Below, one piece after another: positions 25,992 to 37,400 of a stretch of DNA of 64,000 bases; position 1 is the first letter of the stretch, and every line of letters begins with the position of its first letter. The notes beneath the pieces were generated by a model. That model made no database searches, was not told where the DNA came from, and saw only the letters and a program-made list of their open reading frames with translations. The DNA comes from Dictyostelium discoideum (lineage: Eukaryota). The stretch is taken from NCBI GenBank assembly GCA_000004695.1, contig CM000151.3:1504001-1568000 (forward strand), written 5' to 3'. The position numbers and the translations under genes were made by a program.

Positions 25992-27455
25992 TTAAAATAA
26001 TCTTGGATCATTTTTTCTTTCCCAAACAGGGTAACGATTACGATTACAATTATAAAACCATGGTAAAATTGCAACTTCTTTTTTAAAGAAATCATCCATA
26101 TTACTTAATTTTGAAATTCTATTAGCATGATCAGATTTTGTTTCTAATAGACGAGATTCTAATTCTTGAATATTTCCTTTTCCAATATCACTTGAAAACA
26201 AGGTAATTTGATCCTCTCTTGTTATACCACATTCAGTACATGATAAATATTTAACCATTTGGAATGGTAAATAACCATAATGAGTCATGTGCATTCCACC
26301 CAACATATAGTAACCTGATTTACCACGATTTCTAGATGGTTTACCATTTTGAATTGCTCCTTTAATTGTGTAATAAGTTGGATCACCGAGTGTATATGAG
26401 TGACCTCTAACAGGGAAATCTGGATTGAAGACTTGGTCAATTGGGCCGTACGGGAACCAAATACCAATATCAATAGCATTGATGCCATCTCTAATTTGAC
26501 AATTCTTTAAATAATGTAAATTAATTCTTGCACTGATTTCATCGGTATCGCCAAATCCAATGACATCATTATCACTATATAGATTTGTTCTCTTATTCCA
26601 ATCTAAAAACTTTTGCCAACGACGGGTTTCCTGATACCCCTCTGCAGCGAATAAATCTTTACCATTCTCTTCATCAGTATCATCCAACACTAAATGCACC
26701 ACTTTATCTTGAAATTTAATGAAACGATCTTGAAATTTAACATGTTCCCAAATCAATGGTTTTTTCATCCTATGATAATGTGTTACTGTTGATTCGAGAA
26801 TGAAGAAATGATCTACAATATCGTATAGTTCATTTAAATGAACTTCTAAAACATCAATATCGAAACCAATTTGTACCATATGTGCAATTTTAACAGGTTT
26901 ATCACGTTTACCTGAGAATACCTCTGGATATTTCCCACAAACATCATCACTAGGAGTTGGTAATGGTTCAGGTTTACATGATTCATTAATTGGTACTAAT
27001 GGTGGTTCAATTAAATATTTTGCCAATGTTAAAATCAACATTTGTGAATATTTATCTGTATTTTCAGTTTTACCAGTTCTTGCTGCTGCTTTAAAATCTT
27101 CCCATGGGAATTTAACCATATCATGTTTGAAATTTCTTTCAGTTTCAAAATCTAATTCTCCAACTGAAAATTTCGATGGTGTTTGAGTTTGAGTTGGTGT
27201 TTGAGTTGGTGTTTGAGTTGGTGTTTGAGTTGGTGTTTGAGTTGGTGTTTGAGTTGGTGTTTGAGTTTGAGTTTGAGTTGGTGTATGAGTTTGAGTTTGA
27301 GTTGGAGTTGGTGAAATTGTAGGTTTTGGTGTATGATATACTGTTGGTTGTTGAACACCATTTATCGATTGAGCAAAATTTGGTAATAAAAATACTATCA
27401 TTGTCATAATTATTAGACTAATGAAGACTAAAATCCAAACACGTGCTTGGTTCAT
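25992..27455 (-). CDS. GT17 (GnT-III-like) type-II membrane glycosyltransferase, paralog 3, 487 aa, with a (TQTP)n stem.
   Basis: TM MNQARVWILVFISLIIMTMIVFLL. Stem PTQTQTHTPTQTQTQTPTQTPTQTPTQTPTQTPTQTPTQTQTP is encoded by a 12-bp tandem repeat (ggtgtttgagtt on the + strand, about 27175..27300). The catalytic blocks are the same as in paralog 1. Confidence 0.8.
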   Translation of the reverse strand: MNQARVWILVFISLIIMTMIVFLLPNFAQSINGVQQPTVYHTPKPTISPTPTQTQTHTPTQTQTQTPTQTPTQTPTQTPTQTPTQTPTQTQTPSKFSVGELDFETERNFKHDMVKFPWEDFKAAARTGKTENTDKYSQMLILTLAKYLIEPPLVPINESCKPEPLPTPSDDVCGKYPEVFSGKRDKPVKIAHMVQIGFDIDVLEVHLNELYDIVDHFFILESTVTHYHRMKKPLIWEHVKFQDRFIKFQDKVVHLVLDDTDEENGKDLFAAEGYQETRRWQKFLDWNKRTNLYSDNDVIGFGDTDEISARINLHYLKNCQIRDGINAIDIGIWFPYGPIDQVFNPDFPVRGHSYTLGDPTYYTIKGAIQNGKPSRNRGKSGYYMLGGMHMTHYGYLPFQMVKYLSCTECGITREDQITLFSSDIGKGNIQELESRLLETKSDHANRISKLSNMDDFFKKEVAILPWFYNCNRNRYPVWERKNDPRLF

Positions 27456-27798
27456 TTTTATTATTTTATAAAATTATTTTACACATATATATACATATAT
27501 TTTTTTATTCTATTTATGATTTACTAGCTTTTTTTTTTTTTTTTTTCCAGTCCAAAAATTAATTTGTTGGTTTTTTTAAAATTTGTGCAAGGTGGTTTGA
27601 AAATCAAAAATATTAGTGTGCGAATAGTGGGACCATTGATAAAAAAAAAAAAAAAAAAAAAAAATTTGTGAAAAAAAAAAAAAAAAAATTAAAAATAAAA
27701 AAAAAACTTTAAAAAAAAAAAATGAATAAAAAAAAAAAAATTAAACCAAATATCGATCTGTTGGGTGTGCTGACACAGTGTTTTGATAAATTCGTTGA

Positions 27799-27833
<35 letters not shown>

Positions 27834-27976
27834 AAAATTTAAAACAAGAAAAAAAAAAAAAAAAAAAAAATTAAAATTAAAAATAAAAAAAAAAAAAAAA
27901 ATAAATTAAAAATAACATTATTTTTATTTTTTATTTTTTATTTTTTTTTACTTTTAATAATCTTTTTTTTTTTTTT

Positions 27977-28046
27977 GGTGTCTCATTATTGTGTTATTTG
28001 GTGTTTCATAATTGTATTATTTGGTGTTTCATAATTGTACTATTTG
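27977..28046. repeat. Three tandem copies of a roughly 23-bp unit (tggtgtttcataattgtattatt) in the intergenic region between GT17 paralogs 3 and 4.
   Basis: gtgtctcattattgtgttatt tggtgtttcataattgtattatt tggtgtttcataattgtactatt, read directly from the sequence. Confidence 0.8.
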
Positions 28047-28107
28047 GTCCAAACACTAACAAAAAAGGAAAAAAAACAAAAAAAATGGGTCAAATCCTTT
28101 TGTTAAA

Positions 28108-28154
<47 letters not shown>

Positions 28155-28190
28155 GAGTTGTATTTTTATTTTATTAATTTTTATTAAATT

Positions 28191-29510
28191 TTAAAATAAT
28201 CTTGGATCATTTTTTCTTTCCCAAACAGGGTAACGATTACGATTACAATTATAAAACCATGGTAAAATTGCAACTTCTTTTTTAAAGAAATCATCCATAC
28301 TACTTAATTGACGAATTCTATGAGCATGATCAGATTTTGTTTCTAATAGACGAAGTTCTAATTTTTGAATATCACCTTTTCCAATATCATTTGAAAATAA
28401 GGTAATTTGATCCTCTCTTGTTATACCACATTCAGTACATGATAAATATTTCACCATTTGGAATGGTAAATAACCATAATGAGTCATATGCATTCCACCC
28501 AACATATAGTGACCTGAAGTACCACGATTTCTAGATGGTGCTTTAGTTGTTGATTTTGCTTTTTTTATTGTATAATAAGTTGGATCACCGAGTGTGTATG
28601 GATTACTTGGTACTGGGAAATCTGGATTGAAAACTTGATTAATTGGACCATATGGGAACCAAATACCAATATCAACCATATCAACACCTGATTTTAATTG
28701 ACAATTCTTTAATAAATGTAAATTAATTCTTGCACTGATTTCATCGGTATCGCCAAACCCGATAATATCCTCATCACTATATAGATTTGTTCTTTTATTC
28801 CAATCTAAAAACTTTTGCCAACGACGAGTTTCCTGATAACTTTCTGCATCGAATAAACCTTTACCATTCTCTTCATCAGTATCATCCAAAACTAAATGCA
28901 CCACTTTATCCTTGAATTTTAAAAATCTATCTTGAAATTTAACATGTTCCCAAATTAATGGTTTCAACATTTTATGATAATGTGTTACTGTTGACTCTAT
29001 TATAAAGAAATGGTCAACGACATCGTATAACTCATTTAAATGAATTTCTAAAACATCAACATCGAAACCAATTTGTACCATGTGTCCGATTTTAACAGGT
29101 TTATCACGTTTACCTGAAAACACTCTTGAATATTTTGATGTGCATACTGAATCGTCGATAGGTGGTAATGGTTCAGGTTGACATGATTCATCTATTGGTA
29201 CTAAAGGTGGTTCAATTAAGTAGGTTGATAATGTTAAAATCAACATTTGTGAATATTTATCTGTATTGTCTGTTTTACCAGTTCTTGCTGCTGCTTTAAA
29301 TTCTTCCCATGGGAAGTTATTCATATCATATGTAAAATTCTTTCCTTTTGCTTCATAATCTATATCTGCTATTGAAAATTTTGATTTAGGTCTATAATAA
29401 CTTATTCCACTACTATATACAATTTGATTTATGCTTGGAATAAAATATATCATTAAGGTTAATATACCTAAACCTATAAAAACTAATAACCAAATTCTAG
29501 TACGATTCAT
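28191..29510 (-). CDS. GT17 (GnT-III-like) type-II membrane glycosyltransferase, paralog 4, 439 aa, with no PT stem.
   Basis: TM MNRTRIWLLVFIGLGILTLMIYFI. The catalytic blocks and the C-terminus ...RYPVWERKNDPRLF are conserved. The first 20 bp of 3' flank are identical to those of the other three paralogs. Confidence 0.8.
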   Translation of the reverse strand: MNRTRIWLLVFIGLGILTLMIYFIPSINQIVYSSGISYYRPKSKFSIADIDYEAKGKNFTYDMNNFPWEEFKAAARTGKTDNTDKYSQMLILTLSTYLIEPPLVPIDESCQPEPLPPIDDSVCTSKYSRVFSGKRDKPVKIGHMVQIGFDVDVLEIHLNELYDVVDHFFIIESTVTHYHKMLKPLIWEHVKFQDRFLKFKDKVVHLVLDDTDEENGKGLFDAESYQETRRWQKFLDWNKRTNLYSDEDIIGFGDTDEISARINLHLLKNCQLKSGVDMVDIGIWFPYGPINQVFNPDFPVPSNPYTLGDPTYYTIKKAKSTTKAPSRNRGTSGHYMLGGMHMTHYGYLPFQMVKYLSCTECGITREDQITLFSNDIGKGDIQKLELRLLETKSDHAHRIRQLSSMDDFFKKEVAILPWFYNCNRNRYPVWERKNDPRLF

Positions 29511-29601
29511 ATTTATTTATTTATTTATTTATTACAATTATATATTTCATTAGTGTTCTATTAATTTAGATATTAATAAAAAAAAAAAAAAATTGGATTA
29601 G

Positions 29602-29646
<45 letters not shown>

Positions 29647-29816
29647 TCAACCGATCGACTATCCGAAATTAACCATTTTGTTTTTTCACACAAATAATTA
29701 CCAGATATTTTTAAAAAAAAGAAAAAGTTGGTATTAAAAAAAAAAAAAAAATAAAAAAAAAATTAAAATTAAAATTAAACAAAAATAAACCGTAAAAATT
29801 TAATACTGACGTAAAT

Positions 29817-29857
<41 letters not shown>

Positions 29858-29901
29858 TTTTAGTTTTCTAAAGAAAATTCAAATAAAAAAGACGTGTTCA
29901 A

Positions 29902-30360
29902 ATGAAAATTATTAATTATCAAGAGTGTCATCAAAAAGATCTTAAAAAACTTTCATATGAATGGTTAGAAAAATATGTTTCAATTGAACCAATCGATGAA
30001 GAGATGTTGAATAATCCAAAGAGTTTTATTTTAGATGGTGGTGGTCATATATTTATGGCACAACACGGTGAACATAATGAAACTGTAGGAACTGTCTCTT
30101 TAATACAAGTTGATGATAAAACTTTTGAATTAGCAAAATTAGCAGTCACTGAAAAATATCAAGGTTTAAAATTAGGTCAACATTTAATGGAACACTGTTT
30201 AAATGTTGCTAAACAACAAGGTGCAACTAAAGTTATTTTATATACAAATCAAAAATTAACAAAAGCAATTGGATTGTATAAAAAATTCGGATTCATTGAA
30301 ATACCATTAAATAATAATAAATATATAGAATCAGATTTAAAAATGGAATTATTATTTTAA
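29902..30360 (+). CDS. GNAT-family N-acetyltransferase, 152 aa, single exon.
   Basis: GNAT motif A ...LAVTEKYQGLKLGQHLMEHCLNVAKQQGATKVILYTN... (Q/R-x-x-G-x-G/A). Size and β-α pattern are typical. Clean ATG and stop with no intron signals. Confidence 0.75.
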   Translation: MKIINYQECHQKDLKKLSYEWLEKYVSIEPIDEEMLNNPKSFILDGGGHIFMAQHGEHNETVGTVSLIQVDDKTFELAKLAVTEKYQGLKLGQHLMEHCLNVAKQQGATKVILYTNQKLTKAIGLYKKFGFIEIPLNNNKYIESDLKMELLF

Positions 30361-30945
30361 ATTTATTTTATTAAAATATTATTATTTTTATTATTATTAA
30401 TATTATTCTTTTTTTTTTTTTCAAAAATTCTGCTTAACTTTTCTACAAACATTTGAATTTAGTGTGGTGCATGTCTGGATAAAAAAAAAAAAAATTTTCA
30501 AAAAAAAAAAAAAAGCGTTCCACAAGAACCACCCTTTTTTTTTTTTTGTCTTTTTTTCTCATATCAATTTTAACAATATCATTAGTTATTAAAATATGAT
30601 TTATAATTCTTTTTTTTTTTTTTTTTTGAAAAAAAAAATTCTCCAATCACAAATCTATAAATTATATTAATAAAAACCAAAAAAAAAAAAAAAAGTTCAA
30701 GCAAAGTGTGGTATGCAGGTAAAAATTTAAAAGAAAAAAAAAAAATTTAAAATCTTGCTTAACTTGTTTTTCTGAAAAAAAATATTTGCCAACCACAATT
30801 CCAAAAACATATTAATTTTTTACTACAAATCTATAAATTATATAAATAAAAAAAAAAAAAAAAAAAAAAGTATCCCCTCAAACAAAAACAATAATAATGA
30901 AAATAAAAAATTTAACCACCTAACACCATATTTCATATCATAAAA

Positions 30946-30991
30946 AAAATTAACACCCTCATTTACTAGTAAATGAGGGTGTTAATTTTTT
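30946..30991. repeat. Perfect palindrome (inverted repeat with no spacer) of about 44 bp: aaaattaacaccctcatttact|agtaaatgagggtgttaatttt, centred on ACTAGT.
   Basis: Read directly: the reverse complement of ttaacaccctcatttact is agtaaatgagggtgttaa, with the arms abutting. It sits in the intergenic region about 430 bp upstream of the PKS-A ATG. Confidence 0.9.
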
Positions 30992-31420
30992 TTATTTTAA
31001 ATCATCACAAAAACAAACCAAAAAAAATAATTTTACACCAAAAATAATAAAAAAGAATATTAATAATGAAAATAATAACCGCTAAATAATTAAATTTGTA
31101 TATAAATTGGTTTTGTTTTTTTTTTTAAATCATTATTTTATATATATATTTTCGCTTACTCAATAACCAGTATTTAAATATTGAAAAGTTTTAATAATTT
31201 ACACAGAAAAACTATCACCAATCAATAATAAAATCATTCGCATCAATTAAAGAATAAATTATAACATAACTTTTTTCTTTTTTTTTTTTTTTTATTTTTT
31301 AAAATATTTTTCATCCACACTCCATTTTCATCCACCAATTTCCATTTTTAAAAAAATAAAAGAAAATTTTCTGGAAGAATAAAACGCTAATAATTTTTTT
31401 TTTTTCTACATATATATATA

Positions 31421-34400
31421 ATGAATATTAAATTAAATAATAATGATCAATATAGTGACAGAGATGTTGCAATTATTGGTATTGGCTTTAGGTTACCAGG
31501 TAATAGTAATCGTGGAACAGAATTATGGCAAAATTTATTGAATGGATTTGATGGTATCGTTGAAACATCTGATAGATGGTCAGATTCTTTTAAAGATTTA
31601 GGTGAAATTCATTGTAAAGATGCCGGTTTAGTAGAGTTGGAGGATTGGGAGTCCTTTGATCCAATTCATTTTGGTATTAATCCTGCCGAAGCTAAACAAA
31701 TTGATCCACAACAAAAACTATTATTAAAATCAACATGGGAAGCTTTTGAAGATGCTGGAATTGATCCATTATCATTACGTGGTACATATACAAGTGTATT
31801 CGTTGGAGCATCTTCTTCTGATTATTCAACATCAATGGCAGAGAATTATGAAAAGCCAAACTTTAATGTTTTCAATTCAACAACTGGTAGTATTGCAAAT
31901 AGAATATCATATTGTTTTGATTTTCGAGGTCCATCATTAACTGTCGATACTGCATGTTCAAGTAAGTATTTCTTTTTTTTTTTTCTTTTTTAAAAAGGAA
32001 AGGGTCTAATATTTATATATATATATATTTTTTAAAAAAAAAGGTTCATTAAATGCATGTTTATTAGGTTACAAATCAATTATTGATGGCGAATGTAATT
32101 ATTCAATCGTATCGGGTTGTAATTTTATATTCAATCCAAATATTAGTAGAGGATTTACAACTATTAATATCATTGGTAAAAGTGGTAGATGTAAAGCATT
32201 CGATGAATCAGCTGATGGTTTTGTACGTGCCGAAGGTGTTGCAGTGTTAATATTAAAAAAGTTATCGATGGCAATCAATGATGGTGATCAAATTTATTCA
32301 ATCATTCGTGGTGGTAATTCAAATGTTGATGGTACATTAAATAAAGGTAATTTTATGAAACCATCAAAATCTGCACAATCAAATAATATCATTAAGGCAT
32401 TTGAATCAACAAATGGATCCATTGGACCATCTGATATTGATTTCTTTGAATTACATGGTACTGGTACACCAACAGGCGATCCGATTGAAGTAGAAGCAGT
32501 TTCAGATATTTTTAAGTCTGTCAAATCAAGTTCAAATCCATTATTAATTGGCTCAATTAAATCAAATATTGGTCATTTAGAACCAGCATCGGGTGTTGCA
32601 TCATTAATGAAAATTTGTTTAATGTTTAAACATCGTCAGTTTATTAAAAACATTCATTTTAATAAACCAAATGGTGACATTAAATTTGAAGAATGGAAAG
32701 TTAAAGTATGTACAGAGAATACACCATTCCCACAAAACAAACAAGTATCAATTGCAATCAATAGTTTTGGTATTACTGGTTCAAATGTTTGTTTGCTATT
32801 AAGTGAATATACAAACCAATCTAATGAGGCATCACCATCTACATCATCAACATTATCGCATCAAAATGATATTAAATATTTAATACCAATTTCAGCAAAT
32901 TCCAAAAAATCATTAGATGATATTAAAGAAGATTTAATTAATAATTCATCAGAATTATCAAAGAATTTACCATTTAAAGATTTTATTATAATCAAGTTTA
33001 TTCAAAATCAACAACATTAATCCAAAGATCAGTTATTTTTGCAAATGATTGGAATGATTTAAATTCAAATACTCAAATCATATCAACCAAAGGTAACATG
33101 TCTGGTAATATTGTAAAATCTGCAGGGGACGGTAATAACCAAAATGATCAAGATAATATTCTAGTGTATGTATTTTGTGGCCAAGGACCTCAATGGAATA
33201 AAATGGGCAATCAACTTTATAAAAATTCACCAAAATTCAAAGAAACAATGGATTTAATCGATTCAATACTTGAAAAACATTTTAAATACTCAATTCTATC
33301 AAAATTAAGATCAATCCAAGATGATGATAAAATTAGCATTAATGAACCAACAACGGCACAATCATCAATTTTAATGATTCAAATATCATTATTTGAATTA
33401 TATAAACATTGGGGTATTATACCAACAATCATCGTAGGTCATTCAATTGGTGAAATATCAGCAGCCTATTGTTCAGGTATGATTAACTTAGAAACAGCTT
33501 GTGAAATCATTTACAAAAGAAGTGTACTTCAAAAACAAACAGTTGGATTAGGTAAAATGTTAGCAATTGGATTAAATGAAAAACAATTTAAAGATCAATT
33601 TTCATCATCATTAAAATATTCAAATATCGAAATTTGTTGTTACAATTCACCATCATCAATTGTTGTTTGTGGTGATGAAATTGAATTAGAAAAAATATCA
33701 AATTCATTAAAAGAAAAACAAATATTTTCATTTTTATTAGGATCACCATCACCATACCATTCATCAAAACAAGAATTAATTAATGATCAGGTTTTAGAAT
33801 CAACCAGTAATATTAAATCAAACAAACCAAACATTCCAATATTTAGTACAGTAACAGGTGAATTATTCGAACTTGACCAAGACAATCAATTCAATTCTCA
33901 ATATATTTATGATAATATAAGAAATGCAGTATTATTTGAAAAAGCAATTGAAAACATTTTCAAATACATTGAAACAAATAATCTTGGTAAAAATATTCAA
34001 TTTTTAGAATTATCACCTCATCCAACATTATCACATTATTTAAAAGAGATGATAGCAGTAACAACGACAACAACATCAGATTACTTTCAACAACAATCAA
34101 TATCAGTTCTATCATCATTAACAAGAAATAAAAAGAATCAAAATCAAAATCAACAAAATGAAATGAATCAAATATTAAAATCAATTTCAGAATTATATTG
34201 TAATGGTTTTAATAATGTTAATTTTAAAAGTCAATTAAATGAACCAAGCAGAAATGAAACTATTGAATTTAAAAAAGCATCTTATTATTTACCACATTAT
34301 AAATTTGATGATGGAATTTATTTCACTCAATCACAATCATCATCAAATTATAAAAAGAATGGTTTTTCAACTAATCAATTAGGTATTCGTAATGAACAAT

Positions 34401-37400
34401 CACCATTTATATCATATACATCATTAATTGATATTGCAGAAGAACCATTTAGATTTTTAAAAGGTCACGCAGCAAAAGGTAAAGCATTATTTCCAGGTTG
34501 TGGTTATATTGATAATGTTTTAAGAGCATTCCCAAATAAAGATTTAACAATTAACAGTATGGAATTTAAATCACCATTACAACTATTTGAAGGAGTTAAA
34601 CAATGTTTAACCACAAACATTTATTCAAGTGGTAAAAATGAATACAGAGTTGTATTCAATTATAAAGATAATAAAACTGGTAAATGGATATTATCTGCCT
34701 ATGGTAGATTTACAATAAACAAACATAGTAGTGGTAGTAGTGGTAATATTAGTCAACCTAAAAAAGTTGATATTAATAAATATATTGAAAAATGCAATTA
34801 TACAAAAATTACAAAAAAAGATATTTATGAAGGTGTTAAATTAAAATTACAATTACATTTAACAGGACCATTCCAAATTATTGAAGAGGCATCATATGGT
34901 GACAGTCGTGGATTCTATAAAGTATCATTAAAGGATCCAATATCGAGTTATGACAATCAATTATTTTTAAATGTTTGTATACTTGATGCTTGTTTTCATT
35001 CAATGGCAACGGGTAAAGATAATCAAAATTTAACATTATTCGATAAGGTAGTGAATGGTCAGTTCTATTTCGATAATATTCCAAAATCAGCAATAGAAAG
35101 AGAACAATACCAATATTTATATTGTTATTCTAGATTAATTGCTCAAGTTGGTGATTCACTTTTCGCTAAAATTGTATTAATGTTACCAGATGGAACTGTA
35201 CTATTTAAAACACCATGTGCAGTTTACACTGAAATTAATTCAACAAATAATCAATATAAATTAGAATATCCAAATAATAATTTATATTCAATTGAAAAGC
35301 AATTAATTGATTCTCAATTAAACTCACCATTAATTCAATTTAATCAAATTATTAATTCTTTAGAAAATAATAATAATAATACATACCAATCATTAATTTT
35401 ATTTTATTTATATTCAATTATTAAAAATAATAATAATAATGATTTAACATTAGAAATAATAAATGAAAGTTCAACCGATCAATTAGTTAAAAGTTATTTT
35501 AAAATTAGTGATGATGAAAATGATATAGGAATAATTAATTTATTAAAATCAATATTTGAAATTTTAAAATCAAATATTAATACTTTATTCAAATGTAACA
35601 ATAGTGAAGTAAATAATAAATTAGAAATTAATCAAAAAGATAGTGAAACAATTAATGAATTGATCAAGTTTTTAGTGAATAATAATAAAGAACAACAAGA
35701 ACAACAATTATATACTCCTTATATAAAACAAAATGATATTATTAAAGATATTATAACAAATTCAGTTAAACCAATTTTAAATGAAAAAATTAAATTTAGA
35801 ATATTAGAGATTGGTTGTGGTATTGGTTTATTATCAGAAATCATTATCAATCAAATAAATTTATTATTTAAAGAGAATCCATTATCAGAAATTAGTATCG
35901 AATTCACTTATTCAGATTCAACATTTATACAAGCTGTTAAAGATAAAATTCAACAAATGATTCCAGAATCAACATTATTATCATTTAAAACTTTATTTAA
36001 TACAATTAATGTAAATGAAGATTTATTAGATCAAAATTTCAAACCATCTTATTATGATATTATTATTGTTAATGGTGTTAATTATTTAAATAAAGATAAA
36101 CAACTCAATTCAACAATCAACAATATTAATCAAATTTTAATTTCAAATGGTTATTTAATTATAATGGATACACATTATAAATCAAAAGTAGTCGATAAAC
36201 AAATTGAATTATATGAACAATGGTTATCATTTAATTTTAAATCAAAAAACAACAACAATAATAATAGTTTAACAAATGAACAATGGAATAATTTATTAGT
36301 TAATAAATTAAAATTTAAAGAATTCATATCAACATCATATGAACCATATTTATTAATTGTTCAAAAACCAACAATTGATGAAATCGTATTATCGACTCCA
36401 CAAAATATATCAAAGTTAATATCATCATATGATCAAATTATTAAATTTGATTCAAATTTAGGTCACAAAGATAATATAATTTCAGATATGCTAAACGATG
36501 GTAGTTTTGGTCTTTTAAGAATTACATCAATTGAAGAATTTGAAAAACATGTTGAAGCAAATCCATTGACAGATAGTTCGTTAATTCTTTTCTTTAGTTC
36601 AGTTAACGATTTAAATGAAATTAATTTTAATGAAATTACATTTGAATATATTAAAATCAACCAACATTTATTAAAAACCAAATGTAAATGTAAACATATA
36701 TTAGTTTCAAAGAATTCTCAAACATCTGCTGACGATGAAAATACATGTTCAAACTATTTAGGTACTTCAGTAATTGGTGCATTTAAATACTTTACCGAAT
36801 TTATAGATTTAAATATTTATGCAATTGATTATGGTTCAGATATTTATGAAATTAATTTAAATGATTTAATACTTCATAATGAATTAACAAATCCTTTAAA
36901 ACATATACAAAGAGAATATATTATAAGAGATAATAAAATATATTATGAATTTATAAAGTTAGAATCAAATATTAAAATGAAATATAAATCAAATTCATTC
37001 ATTCAAGATACAAATCAATTAGTATCAAAGATTGTTCCTCAAACATTAGAATTTAAATTATTAGCAAAAAGAGAATTAAAAGAAGATGAAGTCGAAGTTA
37101 AGGTTTTAGCAAGTGGTATTAATTTTAAAGACAATTTAATCTATCGTGGTTTAGTACCAAAAGAAGCAACAAATGAAATAGGTGACTCAACTGATCCACA
37201 AATTGGTTTCGAATGTTCAGGTATTATCACTAGAATTGGTAAAAAAGTAAATAAATTTAAAATTGGTGATTCAGTATTAGGTACTTGTTTTCATACAATG
37301 GCATCACATGTAAATTCAAATCAAGACAGATTTGTATTAAAACCAGATTGTTTATCATATGTCGAAGCTGCTTCAATTCCATTGGTTTATATCACATCAT

